The notes: a model not told the origin generated them from the letters alone. Positions 18,199 through 28,510 are shown, numbered from the stretch's first letter. The stretch is 64,000 nt of DNA from Christensenellales bacterium (GCA_050952935.1 JBMNLS010000002.1:646988-710987), one strand, 5' to 3'. Program-made: numbers and translations.

Positions 18199-19521
18199 AT
18201 GATGGAACGAATCGTCTGCAAATTCGGTGGAAGCTCGCTCGCAGGAGCACGGGAGTTTCAAAGGGTAAAAGAGATTGTAGAAGCAGACCCGAAGCGCAGG
18301 GTGGTGGTTGTATCCGCGCCTGGCAAGTCATCGGAAGAGCCTTTTAAGGTGACGGATATGCTTCTCATGTGCGCTCAGCTTGCCTCAGCGGGTTTTCGCT
18401 ATGATGAGATTTTTGAGCAGATTGCGGGGAGGTTTCGAAGGCTTGCCCAGGAATTGGGAGTTTCGCTAAATATTGAAGAGCTTATTGAAGAAGTGAATCA
18501 TCACATTGCTTCTGGTGCAAGCGCTGCCAGCTGTGCAAGCAGAGGTGAATATCTCTGTGCCCGCTTGATGGCCGATTATCTGGGATGGCCTTTTGTGGAT
18601 GCCGCCGAGCTCTTTCTCTTTTCCTCTGAAGGCGAGCTTGATGATGAGGAGACCTACAGGCGCATTGGAGAAATCATGTCATCCCTGGATAGAGCGGTTG
18701 TGCCGGGATTTTATGGAACGCTTCCTGACGGCACGCTGACGACATTTCGAAGGGGAGGTTCAGACATCTCCGGCTCACTGTTGGCAGCAGGGCTTGAAGC
18801 GACGTTGTATGAAAACTGGACTGATGTGCCTGGGCTTCTGATGGCGGATCCGAAAGTCGTTAAGAACCCGAAACCGATGCGCCATATGACATACCCGGAG
18901 CTTAGAGAGCTCAGCTATATGGGCGCAAAAGTGCTCCAGGAAGATGCGGTGTTTCCGCTGGCGAAAATAGGGATTCCCCTGCAGATACGGTCGACCCTTC
19001 TGCCGGAAGACCCCGGAACGCTGATTGCGGATAACGGGGTGCATGGCGGGGTTGTAACAGGGATCGTCGTCAAGAAGGATTTTCGGGTATTCGCTCTTGA
19101 GAAGACCAAGATGCGGGAAGACAGGGGATTTCTGCGGAAGCTTCTGAGTGTTTTTGAAAGCAACAGAGTGGCGGTGGAGGGCACGGCTTCGGGGATCGAC
19201 TCTGTCAGCGTCATTGTTTCCGAAGAACAGCTTCCCGGAAAGTCGGATAAAATCATGGAAGAAATCCGCATGTACTGTCACCCACAGAAATTGACGACGC
19301 ATCCGAACCTTGCGCTGGTGGTTGTGGTGGGAAATGGCATGATCCGCACAAAAGGCGTGGCGGCAAAGCTTTTTACCTCTCTTGCACAGGCAGATATCAA
19401 TATCCGTATGATTTCGCAGGGTTCCAGTGAATTGAGCATCTTGGTAGGCGTGGAAAATGAAGACGCCAACAGGGCGGTTGCCGCTTTGTATGAGACATTT
19501 AAGGGGGCTGAAAATGAATAA
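18199..19521 (+). CDS. Aspartate kinase
   Basis: IVCKFGGSSL N-terminus and C-terminal ACT domains; AGGAGGG RBS before ATGATG at 18199. Confidence 0.85.
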   Translation: MMERIVCKFGGSSLAGAREFQRVKEIVEADPKRRVVVVSAPGKSSEEPFKVTDMLLMCAQLASAGFRYDEIFEQIAGRFRRLAQELGVSLNIEELIEEVNHHIASGASAASCASRGEYLCARLMADYLGWPFVDAAELFLFSSEGELDDEETYRRIGEIMSSLDRAVVPGFYGTLPDGTLTTFRRGGSDISGSLLAAGLEATLYENWTDVPGLLMADPKVVKNPKPMRHMTYPELRELSYMGAKVLQEDAVFPLAKIGIPLQIRSTLLPEDPGTLIADNGVHGGVVTGIVVKKDFRVFALEKTKMREDRGFLRKLLSVFESNRVAVEGTASGIDSVSVIVSEEQLPGKSDKIMEEIRMYCHPQKLTTHPNLALVVVVGNGMIRTKGVAAKLFTSLAQADINIRMISQGSSELSILVGVENEDANRAVAALYETFKGAENE

Positions 19522-20497
19522 CAAATATCGCGTGGCTGTTGTGGGCGCCAGCGGACTGGTCGGCTCAACCATCATGAAAGTGCTTGAAGAAAGGGCATTT
19601 CCCGTTGAAACGATGACCCTTTTTGCTTCCAAGCGCTCTGCCGGTTCTGTTCGCATATTTGCCGGAAAAGAAGTGGTGGTGCGCGAACTTACGGAAGAGA
19701 GTTTTCAGGAGCGTTTCGACATCGTCTTTTTTGCAGCGGGAGGCGATGTCAGCAGGCGCTTTGTTCCCATGGCTGTGGAAAGCGGAGCGGTGGTAATCGA
19801 TAATTCCAGTGTGTTCCGCATGGATGATGAAGTGCCGCTTGTGGTGCCGGAAGTCAATCCGGAGGCGATAGGGGAGAGTCGTTTGATCGCGAACCCCAAC
19901 TGTTCGACGATCCAGTGCATGCCGGTTCTCAAAGCCATTAAAGATGCATACGGACTCAAAAGAGTTGTTTATAATTCATATCAGGCGGTGTCGGGGAGCG
20001 GACTTGCGGGGCTGAGAGATCTTGATGAAGGCCTGCAGGAGTTCTATCCCAGAAAGATAAAGGGGAATGTGATTCCCCACATCGATTCTTTTTTGGACAG
20101 CGGCTATACAAAAGAAGAGATGAAAATGATTAGGGAGACACAGAAGATTCTGAATGATGAGGCGCTGGGCGTCACGGCAACCACCGTGCGTGTTCCGGTG
20201 CGGTTTGCCCACTGTGTCAGCATCAATGCAGAACTCGGGCATCCTTTCTCAATGGAAGAGCTGCGGGAAGTTCTGGCAAAGTATCCGGGCATTGTCGTGA
20301 TGGACGATCCTTCCCATCAGCTTTATCCGATTCCGGAAGACGCGGAGGGAAAAGATGAAATATTTGTTGGGCGCATCAGGCGAGACGGCAGTCTGCCTTC
20401 TGCTGTTAATCTCTGGGTCGTCGCCGACAATGTGAGAAAAGGCGCCGCTACCAACGCGGTGCAGATTGCAGAAGCAATCATTAGGAGAAGACAATAA
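19514..20497 (+). CDS. asd: Aspartate-semialdehyde dehydrogenase
   Basis: YRVAVVGASGLVGS and NPNCSTI active-site Cys motif; start at MNNKY overlaps the aspartate kinase stop. Confidence 0.9.
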   Translation: MNNKYRVAVVGASGLVGSTIMKVLEERAFPVETMTLFASKRSAGSVRIFAGKEVVVRELTEESFQERFDIVFFAAGGDVSRRFVPMAVESGAVVIDNSSVFRMDDEVPLVVPEVNPEAIGESRLIANPNCSTIQCMPVLKAIKDAYGLKRVVYNSYQAVSGSGLAGLRDLDEGLQEFYPRKIKGNVIPHIDSFLDSGYTKEEMKMIRETQKILNDEALGVTATTVRVPVRFAHCVSINAELGHPFSMEELREVLAKYPGIVVMDDPSHQLYPIPEDAEGKDEIFVGRIRRDGSLPSAVNLWVVADNVRKGAATNAVQIAEAIIRRRQ

Positions 20498-21663
20498 TGA
20501 TCAACATTGCCCTTGCCGGATATGGAACAGTGGGCCAGGGCGTCATGGATATCTTTCAAAAAAGGAAAGAGTCCATTCAAAGACGCCTCGGGAAAAAGAT
20601 CGATATCCGCTATGTTCTTGTGCGCAACAGCGGAAAAACAAGAGACATTGATTTTTATGGCGCCGAAGTGGTCTGCGATATTAAAAAAATACTTGATGAC
20701 GAGGGCGTGCAGATTCTAATGGAAGCCACGGGGGATATCTCCGTTGGCTATACGCTGATAAAAGAAGCGCTGAAAAAAAAGAAACATGTTATCACCGCCA
20801 ATAAATCGGTGCTCAGTTTGCATCTTGAAGAGCTCAGCGCTTTGGCGCAGGAGCAGGGGGTGTATCTTCTCTATGAGGCAAGTGTCGGGGGAGGAACTCC
20901 GCTCATTAAACCGCTTCAGGAATTGAGCCTGCATGGGGAGATCCGTTCGCTGCGCGGCATTTTGAGCGGGAGCTGCAACTATGTGCTCACAAAGATGCGA
21001 AAAGAGCAGATATCATATGATGATGTGGTCAAGGAAGCTAAACAACTCGGCTATTTGGAAGCCGATCCGGTTGATGATATCGGCGGTTTTGATACAAGGA
21101 GAAAGCTGCGTATACTCGCCACCCTTGCTTTTCAGGGGAAAATAGAAGAAAAAGATATATTGTTAGAGGGAATTACCGAACTTAAACAGGAGGATATCTC
21201 CCGTCTTTCTCAGCGGGGATACGCTGTGAGGCTTGTCGCCCAGGCATTTAATGATAAGCAACGTATTCAGGCAGCGGTGCATCCGCTGGCCCTCCCGCTC
21301 AACAGTTTCCTGGGATCCATGGACGGAGCTGAAAATGGGGTGGAGTTTTTCGGGAATCATTTTGTGAAGGTCAGCTTTCAGGGCTCCGGCGCCGGACGCT
21401 ATCCGACGGCTCATGCCATGCTTTCAGATCTTGAGGATATTCTCTTTTCACTGAGGCGAAAAAAAAGTCCCTTGGGGGGAGCCAATTTCCTGGTCGCTCC
21501 TTATCAGAGGCATGCCCGCTATTATATCCGGAGCACAGCGCCGATGGACATTGAAATTGAAGAGCAGTTGGAAGAAAATGTGTGGATAACGGCCCCGGTG
21601 GCCCACCATGTGCTTAAAGCTGCCCTGCCGAGCGATGTAGCCGCGATCGCCATAGGTGAATAA
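20497..21663 (+). CDS. hom: Homoserine dehydrogenase
   Basis: INIALAGYGTVGQGV NAD-binding motif, LGYLEADP motif, ATGA overlap with asd. Confidence 0.85.
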   Translation: MINIALAGYGTVGQGVMDIFQKRKESIQRRLGKKIDIRYVLVRNSGKTRDIDFYGAEVVCDIKKILDDEGVQILMEATGDISVGYTLIKEALKKKKHVITANKSVLSLHLEELSALAQEQGVYLLYEASVGGGTPLIKPLQELSLHGEIRSLRGILSGSCNYVLTKMRKEQISYDDVVKEAKQLGYLEADPVDDIGGFDTRRKLRILATLAFQGKIEEKDILLEGITELKQEDISRLSQRGYAVRLVAQAFNDKQRIQAAVHPLALPLNSFLGSMDGAENGVEFFGNHFVKVSFQGSGAGRYPTAHAMLSDLEDILFSLRRKKSPLGGANFLVAPYQRHARYYIRSTAPMDIEIEEQLEENVWITAPVAHHVLKAALPSDVAAIAIGE

Positions 21664-21704
21664 GCACAAGCAGGAAAGGCCATACAATCGAATTATAAAA
21701 AAGA

Positions 21705-21732
21705 GGGCTGCTCGTTTTATCGCGAGCAGCCC
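21705..21732. terminator. Bidirectional terminator between hom and tkt
   Basis: gggctgctcg / cgagcagccc 10-bp stem flanked by A- and T-runs. Confidence 0.7.
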
Positions 21733-21763
21733 TGAAAAAAGATGAATGAATTTGTTTTGCCTA

Positions 21764-23740
21764 TTATCCGAGCATTTCCTCCACCAGTTTGACAATGTTG
21801 TCAGCGGTAAAGCCATACTCACGGAACAGGATATCCGCCGGGGCAGAGGCGCCGAAGTGATCAAGCCCCAGGACGCGGCCATCCAGGCCAACAAAACGGT
21901 ACCAAGGCATGGTAGCGCCTGCCTCAACTGCCAGGCGGGCCCGCACCTGGGGTGGCAGCACCTGATCCTGATAAGACTTGGGCTGAGCCAGGAAATCCTC
22001 CATGCAGGGCATGGAAACCACGGAGGCGTCGATGTTCTTTTGCTTGAGCAATTCCCTTGCCTCCACCAGCAGGCTCACCTCGGAGCCAGAGCCCAGGAGG
22101 ATGAGATCGGGCTGCGTCTTGTCCGCTGGAATCAGCACATAGCCGCCCTTTTCGCTGCCGCTGGCGGTTTTTGTGTACTGAGGCAGGTTTTGCCGGGTGA
22201 GGATCAGGCTGGTGGGGCCATGGCTTGTCAGCGCGGAGAGCCAGGCATGGGCCGTCTCGTTGGCATCGCAAGGCCGGACAACGCGCATGCCGGGTGTGGC
22301 CCGCAGCGCCGCAAGGTGCTCAATGGGCTGGTGGGTTTCGCCATCCTCACCCACGCCGATGGAATCATGGGTGAGCACATAGATAACAGGCAAACGCATG
22401 ATGGCGGAGAGGCGCATGGAGGCCTTCATATAATCCGAGAACACGAAGAAGGTGGCACAGAACACCCGAAGCCCACCATGGAGGGCAATACCGTTTGCGA
22501 TGGCAGCCATAGCATGCTCCCTGACGCCAAAGCGCAGGTTGCGCCCCAGGCGGTTTTCAGCGCTGAAGTCGCCGCCATCCTTGATGTAAGATTTGTTGGA
22601 GGACGCCAGGTCGGCAGAGCCGCCCACCAGGTTGGGCACGAGGCTTGCCAGCTTGCCGATCATGTCACCGGAGCTGGAACGGGTGGCCTCCGCCTTTTCT
22701 TTCTGGGCCAGAAGATCTTTATTCTTCAACAGCTCGTCCAGATTCAGCGCGCTGTGCCACTGCTTCCACTGGGCAGCCAGATCCGGGTGTACGGTTTCAT
22801 AGGCTTTAAACAGCGCCTCCCATTTTTCCCTGGCTTTCCTGCCCTGGGCGAGGCATTCTGCCGCATGGGCATAGACCGCCTCATCCACGTGGAAGGCATC
22901 ACCTGACAAACCAAAGGCTGCCTTGGTTTTGGCCAGTTCCTCTGTGCCCAGGGGTTCACCGTGGGCGCTGGCTTTTCCCTGTTTGGCAGCGCTTCCAAAG
23001 CCGATGATGGTGGGGCAGATGATGAGCGTGGGCTGCTCGCTTCCCTTTGACTGTTCCAGGGCTGCCAGCACCTGGCTGTAATCGTTGCCGTCCTTCACAT
23101 GGATGACATTCCAGCCATAGGCTTCATAGCGCTTGCCCACATCCTCCCGGAAGGACAGGTCGGTATCGCCTTCGATGCTGATCTCGTTATCATCATACAG
23201 CACCGTCAGCTTGTTCAGTTTCAGCGTCCCTGCCAGGGAGGCAGCCTCACTGGCGATGCCTTCCATCATACAGCCGTCACCGGCAATCACATAGGTGTGA
23301 TGATCTACCAGGGGAAAATCCGGCTGATTGAACTTGGCGGCCAGCATGCTCTCAGCAATCGCGAATCCCACAGCGTTGGCGATACCCTGGCCCAAGGGCC
23401 CGGTGGTGGTTTCCACCCCTGGGATGCCATACTCCGGATGGCCCGGAGTTTTGGATTGCCACTGGCGGAACTGCTTGATTTGATCCATGGACATGTCTTC
23501 ATAGCCCCCCAGATGGAGCAGGGAATATAAGAGCGCACTGGCATGGCCGCTTGAGAGCACAAAGCGATCCCGGTTGGCCCAGCCAGGCTTTGAGGGGTCA
23601 TGCTTCATGGTTTTCAGCCACAGCGCATAGGCCATGGGCGCCATGCCCATGGGCGCGCCCGGGTGCCCACTGTTGGCTTTCTGAACCATTTCTGCTGAGA
23701 GAATTCGCAGCGTGTTGATGGTTTTTTCCTGAATGTTCAT
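21764..23740 (-). CDS. tkt: Transketolase
   Basis: SGHPGAPMGMAP and GDGCMMEG motifs; 658 aa, full length. Confidence 0.95.
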   Translation of the reverse strand: MNIQEKTINTLRILSAEMVQKANSGHPGAPMGMAPMAYALWLKTMKHDPSKPGWANRDRFVLSSGHASALLYSLLHLGGYEDMSMDQIKQFRQWQSKTPGHPEYGIPGVETTTGPLGQGIANAVGFAIAESMLAAKFNQPDFPLVDHHTYVIAGDGCMMEGIASEAASLAGTLKLNKLTVLYDDNEISIEGDTDLSFREDVGKRYEAYGWNVIHVKDGNDYSQVLAALEQSKGSEQPTLIICPTIIGFGSAAKQGKASAHGEPLGTEELAKTKAAFGLSGDAFHVDEAVYAHAAECLAQGRKAREKWEALFKAYETVHPDLAAQWKQWHSALNLDELLKNKDLLAQKEKAEATRSSSGDMIGKLASLVPNLVGGSADLASSNKSYIKDGGDFSAENRLGRNLRFGVREHAMAAIANGIALHGGLRVFCATFFVFSDYMKASMRLSAIMRLPVIYVLTHDSIGVGEDGETHQPIEHLAALRATPGMRVVRPCDANETAHAWLSALTSHGPTSLILTRQNLPQYTKTASGSEKGGYVLIPADKTQPDLILLGSGSEVSLLVEARELLKQKNIDASVVSMPCMEDFLAQPKSYQDQVLPPQVRARLAVEAGATMPWYRFVGLDGRVLGLDHFGASAPADILFREYGFTADNIVKLVEEMLG

Positions 23741-24014
23741 AGATTCCTCCCTTTATACTGCATGTTGCGTTGATGCCTGTCCTATACTTGCCGCCGGCAC
23801 AGCACCGGGAGGCAGACATGGCTTCAAATTCGTCCATAATCATACCATAAAACAACAGGAAATGACAGGAAATAAAACAACGTCTCTTAGCGCTGTACTG
23901 TTGTAACGAAAAAACATCCTGGATAGAGTGTGACTGGCGCCCGGTTGGCAGCAATAACATACAACATGTAGGGGAATAGCCGGTTGAATAAGCATAACAA
24001 ATGGTGCGGTCAGC

Positions 24015-24042
24015 TTGACACGCTGACAGCTCATCTTATAAT
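24015..24042 (+). promoter_or_regulatory. Near-consensus sigma-A promoter
   Basis: TTGACA (24015-20), 16 nt spacer, TATAAT (24037-42); about 190-nt leader to the next ATG. Confidence 0.6.
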
Positions 24043-24235
24043 GATTTTGGACAGTGTAGCATCCGGAGGAATGGCAACGATCGTCACCATGATGAAGCGA
24101 GATGGACGCCTTGTTCTCTTCGTCCAGGGAAAACAGAGCATGTTTTAATAAATGTATTTTCTGCTCCTTAGAGCCCTGGGGGCGTGAAGGAAATTGATAT
24201 TTGCACAAGCTGACAGGCAGAAATGGGGGAGCGGT

Positions 24236-25378
24236 ATGGATTACAGGCGATTAGGCAAAACAGACATGAAGGTCAGCGAGGTAGCGCTGGGCTGCGAAGG
24301 GATGATCGGCGCAACATCCCAACTGGTGGATGCGCTGGTGAAGACGGCGCTGGACAGCGGCATGAACTTTCTGGACAACTTCTGTGCCGAGCCAGACGTC
24401 CGTGAAAATTTGGGTGTGTCACTGAAGGGGCGCAGGCAGGATATGTATATCCAGGGGCACATTGGTTCCTGCTGGCGCGACGGGCAGTATCTGCGCTCCC
24501 GTGAAGAGCATCTCGTCAAGCCCGCTTTTGAGGATTTGTTGACCCGCCTGGGCACCGACTATCTGGATGTCGGCATGATCCACTATGTGGACAACGACCC
24601 GGACTATGACACCGTGTTCAACGGCTGGTTCATCGACTATGTGCTGGCGCTCAAAAAAAGCGGCCGCATCCGCTACACCGGCCTCAGCTCCCATAACCCG
24701 GTTACGGCGCTGCGTGCGGTGAAGACGGGGCTAATTGACATACTTCTGTTCAGCGTCAACCCCTGTTATGATCTGCAGCCGCCCTGGGAAGATTTTGACG
24801 AGGTCTGGAAGCCGGAAAACTATCAGACCGTGCTGACCTTGGATCCTGTACGCGAGGAGTTGTACCGCACCTGCGAAGCCCAGGGGGTGGGCATTGTGGT
24901 GATGAAGGCTTTTGGCGGCGGCGACCTGCTGGACGCCCGGTGGTCACCGTTTGGGGTTGCCATGCAGCCTGAACACTGCCTGCACTATGCTCTGACACGG
25001 CCGGCAGTTGGCTGTGTGGTAGCCGGGTTCCGAAGCGAAGAGGAGGTGCTAGTTTCCGCCCGTTATTCGGATCTTAGCGATGAGGAGCGCGATTTCGCCC
25101 CCTTCCTGGCGAATGTACCGCACAACTACAAAGGGAAGTGCATATATTGCGGCCACTGCGCGCCATGCAGCGCGGGCATCAACATCGCCATGGTCAACAA
25201 ATTCCATGACTTGACACGCACACAGGAAACTGTGCCAGCCTCCGTTCGGGATCATTACCGCCTGCTGGAGCACCATGCCGGGGAATGCATTGCCTGTGTC
25301 CAGTGTGAGGAAAACTGCCCCTTTGACGTTCCCATCATAGAAAAGATGAGCCAGGCTGCGAAGGTGTTTGGATATTAA
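24236..25378 (+). CDS. Aldo/keto reductase fused to a C-terminal 4Fe-4S ferredoxin-type domain
   Basis: MDYRRLGKTDMKVSEVALG AKR N-terminus; C-terminal CIYCGHCAPC and CIACVQCEENCP cluster motifs. Confidence 0.8.
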   Translation: MDYRRLGKTDMKVSEVALGCEGMIGATSQLVDALVKTALDSGMNFLDNFCAEPDVRENLGVSLKGRRQDMYIQGHIGSCWRDGQYLRSREEHLVKPAFEDLLTRLGTDYLDVGMIHYVDNDPDYDTVFNGWFIDYVLALKKSGRIRYTGLSSHNPVTALRAVKTGLIDILLFSVNPCYDLQPPWEDFDEVWKPENYQTVLTLDPVREELYRTCEAQGVGIVVMKAFGGGDLLDARWSPFGVAMQPEHCLHYALTRPAVGCVVAGFRSEEEVLVSARYSDLSDEERDFAPFLANVPHNYKGKCIYCGHCAPCSAGINIAMVNKFHDLTRTQETVPASVRDHYRLLEHHAGECIACVQCEENCPFDVPIIEKMSQAAKVFGY

Positions 25379-25674
25379 TTTTCAATGAAATCACAATACC
25401 GATTGTTGTTAATTGGTGTTCACTTGGACTGTATCTGAAAACCTGACAAACCTGACACATGTTCCGATTACTTTTAGCTTGACATCTATGTGCATTTGGC
25501 AAAGCAAATGAGAGAGGCACTCCTGCAATTTAGCATTTTTTCTGTAGAGGAATTTCTGATAATATGATATATAAGAGCCAAGATGAGTACAATGTGTTTC
25601 GTTGTATACTGTTGACACATATGAAAGATGAAGCAAATTAACTCAATACTATTTCGTTAAGGAGATTTTTGTTT

Positions 25675-26859
25675 ATGGTTAACATTGCAGATGAATTCAA
25701 TCAAATAGAATTAAAAACATTTAATTGCAAATCAGGAGAACGATACTTCGAACCCATTCGAAACATATTTCTTAGCATCACACCTGAAGAAACAGTTAGG
25801 CAGAAGATGTTAGTATTTCTTCAGAACAGAATGGGAGTCATGCCAAGCAGGATTTTTCCCGAGGACCATCTTGTTCATTATGCTGTTAATGATGCGAAGG
25901 GAAGAATTGATATTTCGTTGCTCAAAGAAGACAACACACCTCTTGCTGTGGTTGAGTGCAAGGAGCCAAAGATATTAATTCAAGCATTGCAGGTATATAA
26001 ACAAGCTGCAGATTATGCCTTCGCTGTCAATGCTGAGTACATTATTCTTGTGAATGGTGTAATGATACAGTTTTATAAGAAAGTGGACAATTCCTTTGTC
26101 CCGATTGATGGAATTATTTCATACAGTGAAATGGTCCAGGGAAAAGGAGTCACACTGGAAGATACAGAATTTCAACGTCTCAATTATGCACAGTACTACG
26201 ACCTTACGTTTTTGAGGAACCAGAAAAGGTATGATGATAAAATCGGAGCGGATACATCAGATGCGCTTATACCAGCAATCATTAATTTTGATGAATGTCT
26301 TTTTGATTACAGTCATCAGTTACACGGTCAACTGACCGATCAACTAGAGGTCATTGATGATCTTGGAGTAGGATGCCTAAATTATAATGACGCTTCGGGT
26401 GGAGGATTTGGGACAGGAGATTACCGGTTATTTCTGCTGAATGATCTTGAATGTAAGAAACAGTTCATGGCCGGCCTTGCGTTAATGCCGACAGGAAAAA
26501 CTGTAAATGATCCTAAATATGGCACTCGTGATGGATTGACCGTGTTAGCGGTTAGTATTAACGATGGAGACTTCAATGTAAAATCTTTACAAATAAATCT
26601 GAATAAGTTTTTAACTGTATCTGGAACAAAGATGAGTTTAGTTCATAATGGTGTAGTCACACGCAAGGGAGCAAGTAAGAAGGCTGTGCTGGAATACATC
26701 GGAAAGAAGAATCCCGGGTTAGTAAAAAATGGAAAGGTTGACTTGGGTAGCGCAGATATTTCAAGCAATTTGTTCATTGATAGTGATGATGTGAAGGATA
26801 TGATTGGCAGGATTATATCCTACGCAATGTATAGAAATGAGTATAAAAAAAGTCTATGA
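25675..26859 (+). CDS. Orphan protein: HsdR-N-like PD-(D/E)xK nuclease domain plus an uncharacterised C-terminal ~230 aa
   Basis: ITPEETVRQKM...GRIDISLLKEDNTPLAVVECKEP fits the D...E-x-K restriction-endonuclease-fold motif; AAGGAG RBS 10 nt before ATG 25675; AT-rich context. Confidence 0.55.
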   Translation: MVNIADEFNQIELKTFNCKSGERYFEPIRNIFLSITPEETVRQKMLVFLQNRMGVMPSRIFPEDHLVHYAVNDAKGRIDISLLKEDNTPLAVVECKEPKILIQALQVYKQAADYAFAVNAEYIILVNGVMIQFYKKVDNSFVPIDGIISYSEMVQGKGVTLEDTEFQRLNYAQYYDLTFLRNQKRYDDKIGADTSDALIPAIINFDECLFDYSHQLHGQLTDQLEVIDDLGVGCLNYNDASGGGFGTGDYRLFLLNDLECKKQFMAGLALMPTGKTVNDPKYGTRDGLTVLAVSINDGDFNVKSLQINLNKFLTVSGTKMSLVHNGVVTRKGASKKAVLEYIGKKNPGLVKNGKVDLGSADISSNLFIDSDDVKDMIGRIISYAMYRNEYKKSL

Positions 26860-26882
26860 TAGAGTTTAGAATATAGATTGGC

Positions 26883-26891
26883 TTCGGCTAT
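26883..26891. repeat. Target-site duplication (left copy) of the IS
   Basis: ttcggctat, identical to 28502-28510. Confidence 0.75.
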
Positions 26892-28501
26892 CTTGAGTTT
26901 CCGTATTCTGATTATACTTTTTGATTGAGCTGCAGGTGGTTCAGGGGTTTTGAGGAAGTCACTGTCAAATCATGTCTTTTTTGTCAATATTCTGGCATAT
27001 TTATGACGGAAAATGAGGAACCTTTCCTGTTTTTCATAGTAGAATTGATTTGTAACAAAAACTCGACTAAACAAATCCAGGGAGGCTCCTCATGCGTTAT
27101 TCTACCACAGATACCTATCAACTCAAAAGGGAAATCATCACCTTCGCCAGGCGTCTGAGTGAAGGCCTCCCACGGGATTGGGAAAAGTTTACCGCTGATA
27201 TGCTTTTCGGCATCCTCGCGTCCAGCAGCTGCATTCTTTCCCGCTTTGCCGATGTGCTCAAAGAAGATATCTTGAAAAAGAACACCGTTGAACGCTTGGC
27301 ACGAAAGCTGTTAGAAGATATGCCCCCCGAACTCACCCATCATTACCTGTCCTTTGCCCGGAACATCGCGCAGGACACGGGGCCTGTCTTTGTGGATGAT
27401 ACGGACATCACCAAGCCCTATGGCAAAGCCTTTGAGGATATGGGAACGGTCAGAGATGGCTCTTCGGCAGATAAAAAGCTGAAGAATGGGTATTATGTGA
27501 CTGAAATGACTGCCCTGAGCCATCGTACCCGTCAGCCTATCAGCCTCTATTCCCATATCCATTCCTCTCACTCAAAAAACTATACCTCTGTCAACGACAT
27601 CACCTTCCGGGCATTGAAAGAAGTTTTCCCTTATTTCCCCAAAGCAACCTATGTCTTTGACCGGGGTTATGATATGAACAAGCTATATCTTTTCATGTAC
27701 GAGCATGAAAAGAGCTTCATCGTTCGTGTCACCAGCAACAGAAATCTGTTCTGTAAAAACAAGTGGTTCAAGTCGACCACGCTCAGGGACAAATACAAAG
27801 GCAAGTTTAAGTGCCCGGTCTTATATGGCGGCAAAAAGACTGAATGCTGGGTCACCTGTGTCAATGTCAAGATCACCGCGAGCTGCAAATGGCTCAAGTT
27901 AGTATTGGTATATGGGCTGTCAGATACCCCCATGATGCTGTTGACCAACCGCCCGGTCAGAAACAGGGAGGACGCGCTGCAGGTTGTCCGGATGTATTTC
28001 ATGCGGTGGCGGATAGAGGAACATTTCCGCTTCAAGAAGACGACCCTGGGGTTTGAGGATATGCGGGTGCGCAAGCTGAAGGCAATGAATCACTTGAGTC
28101 AGTTTGTGAGCATGGCCATTGGCTTTTTGTGCGCACAGGCAGACAAAAGAAACACCTCCAGGCTCAGGCGCGCCGTGACGCGCGAGGCAAATGGACAGAA
28201 GCAGGAGCACAAAATATCCTTTCTGCTTTATAGAATGGGGTTGGGTATCCAGCGCATTCTGGCCAGGGCACAAACAGGCATCCGTGCCTGGTTCCGCATA
28301 GGCCGGCCCAAATACAGGCAGTTATCCTTCCCTTTGCTATGTTGAAATACAACAACTGAATAGGCGCGCGCAAGGGCTTGTTTACCTTCCCTTTTTTTGG
28401 AAAATTCGCTCTGTAAAATGAAATACCGCATCCTCTACCATGCAGAGGCTCAAGAATCTCTGCTCATTGCACCAGAAGATTGCAAAATACGGAAACTCAA
28501 A
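26892..28501 (+). mobile_element. IS4-superfamily insertion sequence, apparently intact
   Basis: Terminal inverted repeats ttgagtttccgtatt (26893-26907) and aatacggaaactcaa (28486-28500), single DDE transposase, 9-bp flanking direct repeat. Confidence 0.8.
27092..28345 (+). CDS. DDE transposase, IS4 family
   Basis: FVFDRGYD (second D region) and YFMRWRIEEHFRFKK, which is the Y(2)R(3)E(6)K signature. Confidence 0.8.
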   Translation: MRYSTTDTYQLKREIITFARRLSEGLPRDWEKFTADMLFGILASSSCILSRFADVLKEDILKKNTVERLARKLLEDMPPELTHHYLSFARNIAQDTGPVFVDDTDITKPYGKAFEDMGTVRDGSSADKKLKNGYYVTEMTALSHRTRQPISLYSHIHSSHSKNYTSVNDITFRALKEVFPYFPKATYVFDRGYDMNKLYLFMYEHEKSFIVRVTSNRNLFCKNKWFKSTTLRDKYKGKFKCPVLYGGKKTECWVTCVNVKITASCKWLKLVLVYGLSDTPMMLLTNRPVRNREDALQVVRMYFMRWRIEEHFRFKKTTLGFEDMRVRKLKAMNHLSQFVSMAIGFLCAQADKRNTSRLRRAVTREANGQKQEHKISFLLYRMGLGIQRILARAQTGIRAWFRIGRPKYRQLSFPLLC

Positions 28502-28510
28502 TTCGGCTAT
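28502..28510. repeat. Target-site duplication (right copy) of the IS
   Basis: ttcggctat. Confidence 0.75.
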
